A program made the position numbers and the translations under genes. Positions 1-12,446 of a DNA stretch of 64,000 bases are shown piece after piece (position 1 is the first letter of the stretch; every line of letters starts with the position of its first letter). The DNA is from Paraspadella gotoi (lineage: Eukaryota > Animalia > Chaetognatha). Where the stretch lies: contig CM119264.1 in assembly GCA_051294375.1 (NCBI GenBank), forward strand, positions 5,606,218 to 5,670,217, written 5' to 3'. The notes beneath the pieces are model-generated. The model did not search any database and was not told the origin of the DNA. It saw only the letters and a list, made by a program, of their open reading frames with translations.

Positions 1-1690
1 CCCTTTGCGATGAGCACCGCGGTTTGCGAAAGAAAGGAATTTCTGGTTGCTTCGTTTATTATCAACATCTTTTCCTGCTGAAATTTTAATATTATATTAT
101 ACATTATATTATATATTATATTAATTTTATCTATTTTATAATATAAATTATGTTTTTATAACCTTTCCTTTGTTAACGAGCGTTCTGGTCCGCGAGCTAC
201 GGCGAAGGGAAGTATGGCGTCGAATGCGGAACAGGATTTATTATAAAAAAGAAAGAAAAAATTTAAAGTTAAATAAGTTTAATTTTAATTAATAATAATA
301 TTTATTAAGTAAAATAGTAAAGTTCTAATTAGTATTTATTAAGTATTTCCCCTTGTTTTGAGCGCTTGGCCTCCGAGCCGCGTGGAGGGAGTAATGAACT
401 ATGTTTCATTTGTCGTCGAAGAAAGAGACTGGAGAAAGCGACCCTTGTCGGACCAATGACTGGATTTATTAATGACATGGCGCCTGCTCACCAAGGAATT
501 ATGACAGGTAGAATTTTATAATGTATTTTGTACAAGTACTGTTATATATGTATAATTATTTATGCACCCTCTTCTAATTTCTTCAACCAGTATAAAGCCT
601 TTAGTTTTCTTTATTGTTAGGGTGCTAAATTACTACAGTATGTTTTTCTCGTATGTAACATTTCGTGATAGTAATTTGCACCGTAAAATTTAAAAATTAA
701 GGAATTAGTCCGGTTTGAAGGACTCGGTTTGGCATTTTGTAATGAAAGGTGAAGAATGTCCGTTCTGTTTCGGATCAACACACGGGCAAAAAGTCCGTCT
801 CAACGCTCATTGGTCGAACCGACGAAAACGGACAAATTGCAAAGAGTAATTAGGCACAAACTAGAAGTATTCGCATTCCTTGGAATTTTACAATGTTTAT
901 GTATTTAATTATTCACTCGCCATGTACAATTACGATCATTGTATTTTCAGAATCTACTAAATTGTACATTTCGTTCGATGTATTCTATTGAATCATTGCA
1001 TGTAACAACTTTTAAACTTAATATTTTATCAATGTAAAAAACAAATGGATTCAAGCGTTCGACCAAATTGTCACTTGCTTCGATCAGGTCCGATCGTGTT
1101 ATATATACAACTTTATAATTTTACATTCGTCGCTCGTGATTATTATGATGATAAATAAATGTTACATGTACGAGAAAAAAGTGCTCCTTTTATCGTAAAG
1201 CGTAAAGTTTATTATCATGTAATAATAACGAGCGACAATGGAAAAGTTCCAGAAATTATATATATCGCGAATTGGACCTGAACGAAAGCACGTTGTAATT
1301 TTCACTTTAAGTTTAACTCCGATCCGTTTGTTTGTTACATATACAAAATTATAGTTACAAATAGTTAAAAAAGCAGTAAACAATTACATTATACAATCAT
1401 CAAACGAAAGCTAAAGATTGGTATTTTCTAAACAATACAATGAAAAAATTGTACACTAAATATTTTGTAAGTAATGCCTAAAAAACGTATCAATTTTCAA
1501 AGGAATGCAAAATCTTTGAGTCTGTGGCTTTTCGTCTGCGCGTTTATGATTTGTCCGTTTTCTTGGCTCGCCAATGAAGTTTTCTGAGGTGGAATACTTT
1601 CCCGTCGTGAATCCGATTGAAGACAGCGTCTTCAAATGACCCAAATACTAGAAGCATAGTAAATTAATTTTTTGGTTACTTTTACTTTCA

Positions 1691-1756
1691 GGGTTTGGAG
1701 GGGTAAGGGTTTAAGGTGGTTAAGGGTTAGGGGTGGTTAGGGTTAAGAGGTTTAGG
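1691..1756 (+). repeat. Degenerate telomere-like (TTAGGG/TTTAGG/TAAGGG) tract
   Basis: gggtttggaggggtaagggtttaaggtggttaagggttaggggtggttagggttaagaggtttagg; flanked by an imperfect inverted pair actagaagcat (~1647) / atacttctagt (~1826). Confidence 0.6.
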
Positions 1757-2253
1757 ATTAGAATAATTTGGCTGATATTTTGTTATTTTTTTTTAAATAA
1801 GTTATTTTTAAGTGTTTTTCAACCAATACTTCTAGTCCTAAAACATATTATTGCAGCACTGACAGTCCCCGAGGTGGTATTACTAACCGTAACCATGCCC
1901 CGTATCCTTTGGGTTTCGAATAATAATTCTGTATATGTTCTTTATATACTATGTCATAAAAAAAATTGTACATTTTAATACTAAATATTAAATGTGGGTA
2001 CTCATAATTTTTACTTCTTTACAGACTCAAAAGATAAAGAGAGAGAAAAACTTTTTATTTCAATCGCGATCACAACTCGATCACAAACTTGCCTTTCGAT
2101 GATTTCGTCCCTAAACAAGGAGGGGCTCAACAAAGAGGGATTTTCACGTACTTTTGGGAGGAATGGAACCAGCCATTCTAACTTATGTAAGTACTAAGGT
2201 AGTACTGAAGACTACTTGCGCATATAATTCAAATGACTGTCTGTCTAGTTCTA

Positions 2254-2514
2254 TGCATAAAAACCTAAAAGCAATCTAAAAACGCAATATCAACTGTGAA
2301 AGTTGATCAATTACGAAATCTAAAAGAACCCACTATCTTACCAAACTATGGAAATCAGCTGGTTATTGAGAACAGGTATTTTATCAGTTTCAGCTCTGAC
2401 TCAACCGCTGTTTCCATAGTTTGGTAAGTTAGTGGTTCCTTGTGGATTCCTAGTTATACTTTTCACAGGTGATATTGCGTTATAAGATTAGCCTTTTTTA
2501 GTCTTTTTTATGCA
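2254..2514. repeat. Long imperfect inverted repeat (fold-back, ~110-bp arms); MITE-like or hairpin RNA
   Basis: ttaccaaactatggaaatcagc pairs with gctgtttccatagtttggtaa; aacgcaatatcaactgtgaaa pairs with tttcacaggtgatattgcgtt; tgcataaaaa pairs with tttttatgca. Confidence 0.8.
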
Positions 2515-3045
2515 CTTTGTAGTTTTGGAAAATTGGATATTTTTATAATTTGGTGAGAATTGGCGGTTTAGTTGAAAGTAATTTAAGTTCTTTTGAACAA
2601 GTTTTAAGGCGAAACGTAATAGTGCTGGATCCCGGAACCTTACAATGAAGATAAGGCCGAGGGCCCAAACGACATCTGCCGGCGCGTCGTCATTGCAATC
2701 CGCGAATTCCCAAGTTTATTTTTCCTCCTCCAGTTAATTTGTAATCAAACAAATGATCAACTAGTGTTTAACTGTTAATTTCTGATTTTTAATGGCCAAA
2801 TAAATTCCACTTTGTAACTGTAAAAAAAACAACTTTATTATTGGCTTACCTTTTTTTATGAAATAAATGAAGTAAATGCCGCTGATTCGTTGATGTTTCA
2901 AAATTTTAAATTTAAAATAAATTTAGAGTTAAGAATTCTATGTGGACCAAGTGCCTGATCTGATCTTGATCTGAGCAGATGTTTATTGGGTTCTGAGTAA
3001 AAACATGGTACTGAAGACAGTAATTATATATGTGTTAGTGACAGA

Positions 3046-3226
3046 AACCGTTCATGTAAGCAGTCCCTGAGCTTCGGATCAGGCTGTAACACCATGTTAC
3101 AGGCGGGTTTAAGCCGGCCCCGTCCTCTTCAACTGCCAGGCGACCACCAGGCTAAAACCCCCAGACCTTTTGGGTTGGGAGGCGAATGACTTGCCTCCGC
3201 CCAATGGCCGCTGAAATGAAACGGTT
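3046..3226 (+). ncRNA. Candidate structured RNA of unknown family
   Basis: GC-rich island in AT-rich DNA. Closing stem aaccgttcat/atgaaacggtt, hairpin cctga-gc(ttcg)ga-tcagg with a C(UUCG)G loop, ctgtaaca/tgttacag, gggtttaagcc/ggctaaaaccc and ggaggcga/ttgcctcc. No known RNA family recognised. Confidence 0.4.
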
Positions 3227-4136
3227 GGTGGAATTTTAGTCCCTTCCATGAGTACGTTTATTAAAGCAATTAAAATTTTAAGAATTTATTGTAATCTGAA
3301 TGAAAAAAAATTAACAAAATTTTGTTGATAAATACGCACTTATTAGTGGATTTTCGTGAGAGCAAGTCATTTCTAAAGCTTCCTTTATCCGATTTTAATT
3401 ATTTATTTATTCTAAAATGGTGCCCTCCCAAAAAAAAATTATTTTTATTAGTTATCTATTAAATAATTATTCAAATCAAAATCAATTATTTATAAATTAG
3501 TTATTAATCAAGTCTATCTTTACGTCGTCGTTACTTTTGTTGTTGTCAGTGGACGAAAAGAACCTAAAGATCAAACATTTCGATCAAATTAATTAATTTA
3601 TTAATTAAAATTATTATTTTAGTTTTAATAATAGTTTTTCATTAATTAATTCAATTATTATCGCTCATGAATCCTAGGGCGGATCCGACATTGTTTCTCC
3701 AACTGTTTTTAAGCGTTTCCTTAATAATTTTTAACTCTTCCTCACGTTCATTTTATTACTCAATTTAGTATTTATTGCCAAATTTTTTGTTAGTTTTTTT
3801 ATTTTTATCATTCTTTAAGTTGTTTGTGCCTCTCTGATTCCTTTACTTATTTACTGGCTGACTTTTAGTTTCACACAAGACGTTAGGATTTTGAACTGGT
3901 TGGTAAGTTTATTTATTCAAAATTGGCGACGAAGAATGGAGAATAAAGTTGAGTTTATAAAACGATGGATGAAATTAAATGAATTTAATTTCGACATTAA
4001 ACAGTAAAAAAATGACATTAAAAAATAACCCAAACGCTGTGTTAGAAGCGTTTAACGTCCGCGGGTTTCGAGCGCACTATTTCCTCTCTAGCAAAACGAT
4101 TCTAACAATATCGGGATATTATGGTAACGGGGGGTA

Positions 4137-4444
4137 TGTGCGATGCCTGGGGGTGGAGGAATCCTCCCTACCGCTGGCCGCTCAGGGCTTTGGAACTGCA
4201 GAGACTACGTTTTCTTTAGTGGAGAAACGGACGAAGCGGGATCCCTGATATCAACGTCGTCGTGTCCCTAACCGGCACGGTCGTATCTTGTTATGACCGG
4301 CGTAAACACAGTTTATTTTTGCCATATATCGTTCAAAATAATGTATCTTCACCTTTATTTTTATTCTACTATCGGGTATTCTATATTCCGCTGAGTCTAC
4401 GGTTTTTCAAGTCATTTTCTTATAGCCCGGACACGGGTGCAACA
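4137..4444 (+). mobile_element. Possible 3' LTR of a second LTR retrotransposon (rest would lie upstream)
   Basis: Purine tract GGGGGG (4129-4134) + TA then TG...CA with near-inverted termini tgtgc.../...gcaaca. No partner LTR inside the window. Confidence 0.3.
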
Positions 4445-7334
4445 AGCTAGGCTAAATTCGGCGTTTCCTAATGATTTGAACTACGTAGTACTTTCTTTGT
4501 AAGAACCAAAACGGAATCGCTTTAAATAGCGCGAGTTGATCCGCCGAGACAGCGTTTTTCGCGGTCTTTTTTTGCCTGATTACTTTTGAACGCTTATCCG
4601 GATTTTTATGAAATTTAGGATTTCGGCTATTTTCGCCATTCTCTTTCCAACGATACCAAATTTATATACTAATCGTCTAGTTTCGAAACGAAACTTGCCA
4701 GCCCAATATAAAGTAAAGGATAGCACAAGATAGAAGGGGAAAAAAAATTAAGAATCTTCCGCTTGCAACACTTGGGTTTACCATTCTGGGACGAATGGAG
4801 GGATCAGAGTCCGCGTCTGTTCGTAATCTCGCTTGGTTTTTGTTTTGATTTCTTTTGGTCCCAAAACAAAACAGAAATGGCTCGGTTTTTTTTCCATCAC
4901 GAATCGAAGGAAGGAAAATCAAAACTGGGCGCGACGCGTGAACGAATTGACCCTTAAAAAGTGTGCCGTGTGCCGTGTGCACTGTGGAGTGTGCGCCGTC
5001 CACGAGAAGGACCCTTGCGTAAATTACCATAATAAAAGCTGGAGCAGACATTGTATGCGTTGCCAATCGCCATTGTCATTGTATTTATTGTTTTTTTAAG
5101 TACTTCTTCAATCCTTTATTTTCTTCTTTCGCCATTCCTCCTTTTTCAAATCCTTTTCCTCCTCCTTTCTTTGCTTTCTTTTTTCCCATTCCTTTCTTTT
5201 CTTCTCTTTTCACCCGGTGCTTCCCTTTCCTCTCTTCTCCGCCTCACCTATCCCTTTCCTCCTCCTGTTCCTCCCATCCTCTCCTCTTTCTTTCTCCATA
5301 TCTCCTCCTCCTCCTCTTTTTCCTCCTCCCTTCCTTCTCATCTTCCTTCTCCCTTCCTCCTCCTCTTCCTTCCTCCCTTCCTCCCCTCTNNNNNNNNNNN
5401 NNNNNNNNNNNNNNNNNNNNNNNNNNNNNNNNNNNNNNNNNNNNNNNNNNNNNNNNNNNNNNNNNNNNNNNNNNNNNNNNNNNNNNNNNNNNNNNNNNNN
5501 NNNNNNNNNNNNNNNNNNNNNNNNNNNNNNNNNNNNNNNNNNNNNNNNNNNNNNNNNNNNNNNNNNNNNTCCCTTTCCTCCCCCTCTTCCTCCCTCCACT
5601 AAGACGCATTTCTTATCTATTCATCTGTTTTTTCTGTTCTTGTTTGTTTCGTGTCGTTGACTCCCAATCGGTCCTCCTCTCTCTCTTTTTCTCTCTTTCT
5701 CCTCTTTTGTTGTTGTTGCTCCTTTTTTTTTCTTCCTTATCTTTTTTTTTTGGTGGGTCGTCTTGTTTTTCACTTATCTTTTTCCAATTTTCTCTTGATC
5801 GTTTTTCGAGTCTTATTCGTTCGCCTCCCCGCGAATCTGAGGACCGATATAAAAAAATNNNNNNNNNNNNNNNNNNNNNNNNNNNNNNNNNNNNNNNNNN
5901 NNNNNNNNNNNNNNNNNNNNNNNNNNNNNNNNNNNNNNNNNNNNNNNNNNNNNNNNNNNNNNNNNNNNNNNNNNNNNNNNNNNNNNNNNNNNNNNNNNNN
6001 NNNNNNNNNNNNNNNNNNNNNNNNNNNNNNNNNNNNNNNNNNNNNNNNNNNNNNNNNNNNNNNNNNNNNNNNNNNNNNNNNNNNNNNNNNNNNNNNNNNN
6101 NNNNCTCTCTCTCAATTAATTTTGGCTTTATTTTTTTTCATCTTTTGTATTTTTTCTTCCATACTTTTCTCACTATGTTCCTCATGTTTTTTCTTCTATA
6201 CTTTTCTCACTATGTTCCTCATGTTCGTAAAAACCTAAATCTTTGATTATTTGGTTCCTTTTCCTTTTTCTTCTTTCCTTCTTCCCTCTTTATATCCTTA
6301 TTTTTTTCTTTTTCCGCCATCTTTCTTTTTAATTCCACTTCGNNNNNNNNNNNNNNNNNNNNNNNNNNNNNNNNNNNNNNNNNNNNNNNNNNNNNNNNNN
6401 NNNNNNNNNNNNNNNNNNNNNNNNNNNNNNNNNNNNNNNNNNNNNNNNNNNNNNNNNNNNNNNNNNNNNNNNNNNNNNNNNNNNNNNNNNNNNNNNNNNN
6501 NNNNNNNNNNNNNTCGTCCCGGGAGACGAAGACAGAGAAGAAGAAGAGGAAGAGGAAGAAGAAGAAAAAATAAAAATAAAAATAATTTAAAGAAATGAAT
6601 TAAATAAAAAAGCAAAGAAGGATGAGTTTTTTTTTCTGTTTAAAAATAAAGAAAATAATAAAAAAAAAGAAGATGAATAAAAAAGTTAAAAACGAAAGTA
6701 AAACGTTTCATCTCCTTAAAAGCTAATTGCAATCACAATAATTACAAATATTTTTTTCCTCCAAGCAGGAAATACTTTTAATACCTCAGGCAAGATTGTA
6801 ACATAAAAGGATATTGAAAAATTTTAAACTAGACACTATACTGTATACATATTTTAAATTATATTATATTATAAATTATACTATACTTATACTATACTTT
6901 AAAAATATGGACGGGATTAAATACGAGAACCTGTTTAAGAACGGAAAAAGAATCGGAAAAGGAGAAAAGGAAAAAATAAAGGTGACATAGAAGAAGAAGA
7001 ATCGCGGAAGGAGAGAAAGAAATAAAAAGGCAAAGATAGAAGGAGAGAAAGAAATAAAAAAGAAAAAAAAATTCTCGCTCGGATTATTGGCGCGGATAAA
7101 AATGGATTAAGTCTGGAGAGCTGAGGTGGTCTGGACCGGAAAAAGGAAAAAAAGAAAAAAGGAAAGAGAAAGGAAGAAAGAAGGGATAAATTAATGCGGG
7201 TCGGTAGGTAAGAAAAGGGGATAAATTAAGGAAGAGGGTTAAAGGAAAGAAGAAGTTCATGAAGAGGAAAAAAAGGGAAAGATCTTGGTCGTAAATCGGA
7301 CGCGAGGAAATGAGAGATTTAAAGGGAAAAAGAG

Positions 7335-7725
7335 AAAAACAAGGAACGGTTATTCCAAGGTGTTGCGCCGCATTACTTTTCTTTTTACTTATCATATCAT
7401 TTATTCTTTATAGTATATTAGATTTCTTTAAAAACAAAAGGCGGCGCCAGTATTCAGTTGCTCCGTGAGTACTCGCGGCGCAACTAAAAACTAAAAGCGG
7501 TTAGTTTAAGGTGTTACGTCGCTGTGACTTTTCTTTTTAAGAACGGCATTTTCAGATGATCAAGTGACTAAACAAGTATGAAACATATGAGTACGTTGTC
7601 TTACAACAATATATTAAATAAAATATTGCCATATTATCTGAGTAATGAGCAATAAATACTTAATAGTAACCGGTAGACTGACCGACCGACCGAAAAGCGA
7701 CTTAGTTCTCGCGGCGCCACTAAAA
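7335..7725 (-). mobile_element. HINE/DINE-1-like non-autonomous Helentron-type repeat
   Basis: Reverse complement shares ends with 38470-38813 (ttttag...aagtc.cttttcggt, GGTC/GTCT microsatellite, tgcggcgcaacac.tt.gaat.accgtt..ttgtttt). It also holds a palindrome at 7456-7485 that recurs at 63819-63848. Confidence 0.5.
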
Positions 7726-8076
7726 GACGAAGGATCGGTCAATCAAGGAATAACCTATTTATTTCCTCCGCGTAAGGAGGAAAGGATGAGAGGTAAGGAA
7801 AGGAGAGGAAATGAAAACTAATATCGCGGACGAGCGAAGATGGAATAAAATGGATGAAGGAAATGAGGAACTGAAATCTTCTTAATGGGGAGGAATGATT
7901 AAGTTTGATAGAAGACAGAAAGAGAGACAGACGGACAGACAAACAGAAAGATGGACTGCATATAAAGAGAAAAGTAAGTAACTCGAAAAGCGATATAAAA
8001 GAGAAAGAACGAATCGCCAAAGCCTTTGAGCGTACTTTCAAGGTGAAAGAGAGAGAAGAGAAACGAACATAGAGGA

Positions 8077-8107
<31 letters not shown>

Positions 8108-9082
8108 AGCCAGAGAGAGAGCAGAGGAACGGAGAGAGAGGAGAGAGAGAGAAGCAGAGAGAGGAGGAGGAGAAGAGAGAAGATGAGAGAGAGGAGCAGA
8201 AGGTGAGACACGAGGAAGAACAGAGGTGAGGCCGTTATACCCTCTGTCAGTCAAAGAACCAGGCCAAAGCAGGGGGGTGGGCGGGCCAGGCGAATTCGCC
8301 CAAACAAAGGGTTAAGAATCGACTACCCGATGGACTGGAGAGTAAGAAGATGAGACGACGAGAGAGAGAGAGGATGAACGAGAGACAGAGACAGAGAGAG
8401 AGAGAGAGAGAGAGAGGAAAGGAAGAGAGAGAAGGAGGAGGAGGATTTAAGGTTCGGACGCCAGAAGTTTGAACTTTGGATTTTAGTCCAACGGTTGAAG
8501 TTTGGGCCTAGGTCAATAGGGAGCTCAATGTTTTGTCATTTGGGGACATGGTAATGGAACAAGGGCACGGGATTCCATTGCTTTGGTCTTTGGAGGGTAA
8601 GGATTGGGGACCTCTTAGAGTTGGCCATGGGACTTTTTGAATCGAAGAGGAACCAATGAGGATTCAGGAGTGTTGATCCGTTGGCCGTCGTTCAAGGAAG
8701 AGACTCATCGCTGACCTGAGTTTTAGAGGCTAAGGCTGAGAGCTCAGAGTTAATCTTCGACAAATAGGAATTTTTGGAGTTAAAGTTATTGTTTATAAAT
8801 TCTCCCTTCTTCAAAATGATAAGAAGAAATAAGAGAATAATATTCTCCAAATATATTTAAAACAAAAGAAGTTAAATTTCTCATCAAAAATCTGAAACGT
8901 AAACCGAGCATGAAACCAAGATAAAGCCACCTAAAACCACCTAAATCCACCCAAAACCCACCGTGAGTCGCGAAAATCCTCCCAAAATTACTCCCGATGT
9001 CGTCAGCTAAACCTTCCTTCGCCCAGATCTCCTTTTATTCCTTTTTCTTAAACGCAAACACATTCTTCTCCGAAGCAATAAC

Positions 9083-9127
9083 AATGACGACGACGACGAA
9101 GAAGACGATGATGACGATGATGACGAC

Positions 9128-9182
<55 letters not shown>

Positions 9183-9206
9183 ATAATTATGACAACGACG
9201 ACGACC
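9083..9206. repeat. (GAT)n/(GAC)n microsatellite
   Basis: Direct reading; source of the poly-M/T ORF. Confidence 0.95.
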
Positions 9207-10487
9207 AAGGCTTCTCGCTGTTGTCCTTATTAAATTCGGTTATATTTCCCCCAGTTTGTTTTAATTGCTACATCGGTGAGTTTAATTTCTTGAAAGTAAC
9301 TGAAATAACAACCAAAAACGTTATGTATCTATCATGTAAGCATTACTTATCAAAAGTCAAACAGCAGCAAAACAATCTTTTTTTTTGGGCGTCTTCTTCA
9401 TCTACATCGTCATCTTCTTCATCTACATCGTCATCTTCGAAGTTATTTTCGCCGTCTTCGTCGTCATCTTTGACGCCGTCTTCGTATCGTCATTATCGTC
9501 GTCATCGTCGTCAACATCGTAATCATTGTCATAGTCGTCATCTTAGTCAACTTTATCATCGTCGTCATCTTTGTCATCGTCGTCATCTTTGTCATCGTCG
9601 TTTTCATCATCGCTTCAACAGTTTTTATCGTTGTCGTCATCATCATCGTCATCTTTGTCAGCTTTATCATCGTCGTCATCGTCTCTTTCATCGCTTCAAC
9701 AGTTTTCGTCGTCGTCATCGCCGCGATGGTCGCTCCAGATCCTGAGGCCTTTTTAATCATCAACTTTGGGATAAACAAAGTAACAAGTTTTGGTTCCTCG
9801 ACGCGTCTCGAAGGAGGAGCGAAAGGGGGAGAAGGGGTTTGAGAGTGAGGGGGGGTAGGGGGGCGTAACGAAAGCAAGCGCGTGGGTGGACAAATGGGTG
9901 TTTGATTTATGATGCAAGGGGAATTAAAATCTGCGATACGTCGCCTTTTAAGGGGAAGGGTGAATAAAGGAGGGGGTCGAAAGGAGTAGAGAGAGGGAAA
10001 ATGGAAAACGAGTCGTTGTTTTTGTTGTTGTTGTTGTTGTTTTAGTTTATTTTCTGCTGTTTTTGTCGTTGTTGTCGCCGTCGCTTAGTCACTCCCGCTC
10101 TCTGGAGGCGGTTTATCAACATAATTTTTCTCTTAATTCATAAGAGAACAACGAACTGGGTTGTGGGTACTGACGACTGAATATTGTATCGTCGTCGTCG
10201 TCGTCGTCGTTTTCAGGGTCACCGACATATTTGTCATTAACGCTCTCTGGGATGACATTGTTGTTGTACATAGTAAGGCCGATTGAATCAAATGAGTTTT
10301 ACTTATTTTAGGTCGTCTTTTAATAATATTAGACTTTGCCTTCGTTATCGTTTTCGTCGTCGTCGGATTCCGCCGACTCTGGTCTTTGTCCTTCTGTCAA
10401 CTCGCAACAGTTTATGCTTCCCTCGTCATCGTTTGTCATCTATGGCCGACTTCAGCCTTTTCTCCTTCTCTCTCTCTCTCTCTATCT

Positions 10488-10524
<37 letters not shown>

Positions 10525-10546
10525 TCGTCTCCCTTCTCCTCTCTCA

Positions 10547-10585
<39 letters not shown>

Positions 10586-10857
10586 TCTCCTCTTTCCCCT
10601 TCATGGCTATTCTTTTCTCACGCCTTTCCAAACTGATTTACTACACTTCAATCCAACATCCAATCCTCTCCTCCTCCTCCTCCTCTCGCGCCACTCCCCC
10701 GTCTCCAGATAATGCAACAAAGGAAATCCTCTCTCTCTCCGAAAAAAAAATTCTTGTGATTCTCTATAAATTCAAATATAAAAACCGTCAGCGCGTCGAG
10801 TGTTCGAAATGTGAAGAGGAAAGAGTTTGGGGGATGGATTGGCCGGCCTGAGAGGAG

Positions 10858-10917
<60 letters not shown>

Positions 10918-11454
10918 TGAGAGATAGAGAGAGAGAGGAGAGAGAGAGAGAGACAGACAACAGACAGACGACATACAGTCTGACAGACGGACAGTCCTAT
11001 ACACACAGACAGACAGCCAGAGGTCAGAAGGAGAAATTGAAAACGGCAGGCCGAGAAAGAAACCCAGACAGACAAACAGACAGGCAACAGGCATAAAGTT
11101 TGACAGACGGACGGACAGATTGTCCAGCAAAAAAAAGGAAAGGCGATTGGTTATGAGAAAGAGAAAAAAAATATCGTCTCCTTTCCTTCTAAAAAATGTC
11201 TTGAAAAAAAATTCGAAGACAAGGACATGAAAATAGGAAGAAAAAACGACCAAAAAACAGATGGCAAAAAAAAGAAAGAAAAAAAAACGTCTCCCAGGGA
11301 AAAAAAATATGAAGCGAATGGAAAAAAAATGGTATTTGCGCTGAGGTCAGCAGCGGTCGGCTCGTCGCCTCGGGGACAAAAAGGGAGAGATGCTTATCCA
11401 AAATAGAATATCTAAAATCCAATATGCATAGATCAAATGGCGACGTTCCCCGAT

Positions 11455-11496
<42 letters not shown>

Positions 11497-12003
11497 CAAT
11501 GGAAATGGGATGGGTGAATGAGGGAATGGAATGATGTTCGAGTTAAGAGTCACCGAATGCCGAAGTAGTAGAGAATCGATTTATGTGACTTCGTGGTCGC
11601 GGGTGGTTCACTCTTTAAATATCAGGGTATAAATAACTTCTTTTCTCTTAGATATAACTATATAATATAATATATATAAACTATATATTATAACTACAAC
11701 TGCATCACAATATTGTCGATAACGACAACTGAGATGACTTTCTGCTTACAAAAGACTTGATTAACGGAAAATGATTCTACGATGCATCCGGCGCGCCTGA
11801 CCCACGCCTGACCCAAGCTTTACCCGAACGCCTGACCAGCACCTCACCCTCAGCCGGATACGCGTCTTTCGACTCTCGACCCCGTGACCCGTGACCTGTG
11901 ACCCGTGACCTCGTGGTCAGAATCGAACCTCGATTGTCCCTTAGAATCTCTGAGGAGAAGAAGGAACAATGGTGAGAGAGGCCTGCGAAGAGATATAACT
12001 ACT

Positions 12004-12040
<37 letters not shown>

Positions 12041-12114
12041 GCCTTGGGGCTTGTTAGTTCATCAGGGGAACTCTAAATAATTAATCGGAATTGTGGGTGG
12101 ATGTAAAAAAAGAA

Positions 12115-12165
<51 letters not shown>

Positions 12166-12212
12166 TTAAAATTAAAATTTAAATTTAAAACAAAGAAATA
12201 GTAAGAAAGAGA

Positions 12213-12280
12213 GGTTCTAGTTGGTTGGCGACTTCGCCATGGCGATATCGCCATGGCGAAGTCGCCAACCAACTAGAACC
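12213..12280. repeat. Perfect 68-bp palindrome with no spacer
   Basis: ggttctagttggttggcgacttcgccatggcgat|atcgccatggcgaagtcgccaaccaactagaacc; 34-bp arms checked base by base. Confidence 0.95.
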
Positions 12281-12386
12281 ACACCTGCAACTCGTGCGTG
12301 AATCGCCGGCGACATCGCTATTTGAATGAACTACAACTTAGGATAGGGGCTAAAAACGAAACTAATAATAATAATAATAATAACGA

Positions 12387-12446
<60 letters not shown>

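Noticed and set aside
2641-2697. Hammerhead-like layout (tacaat / ggcc-gag-ggcc / caaa / cgac...gtcg-tc / attgca)
   Set aside because: The stems fit, but the catalytic core reads gaagataa and caaa instead of CUGANGA and GAAA; at best a dead remnant.
4833-5099. Cys-rich ORF (CAVCRVHCGVC...C...H...CMRC) resembling a zinc finger
   Set aside because: The Cys spacing comes largely from a gtgtgcc simple repeat, and there is no supporting context.
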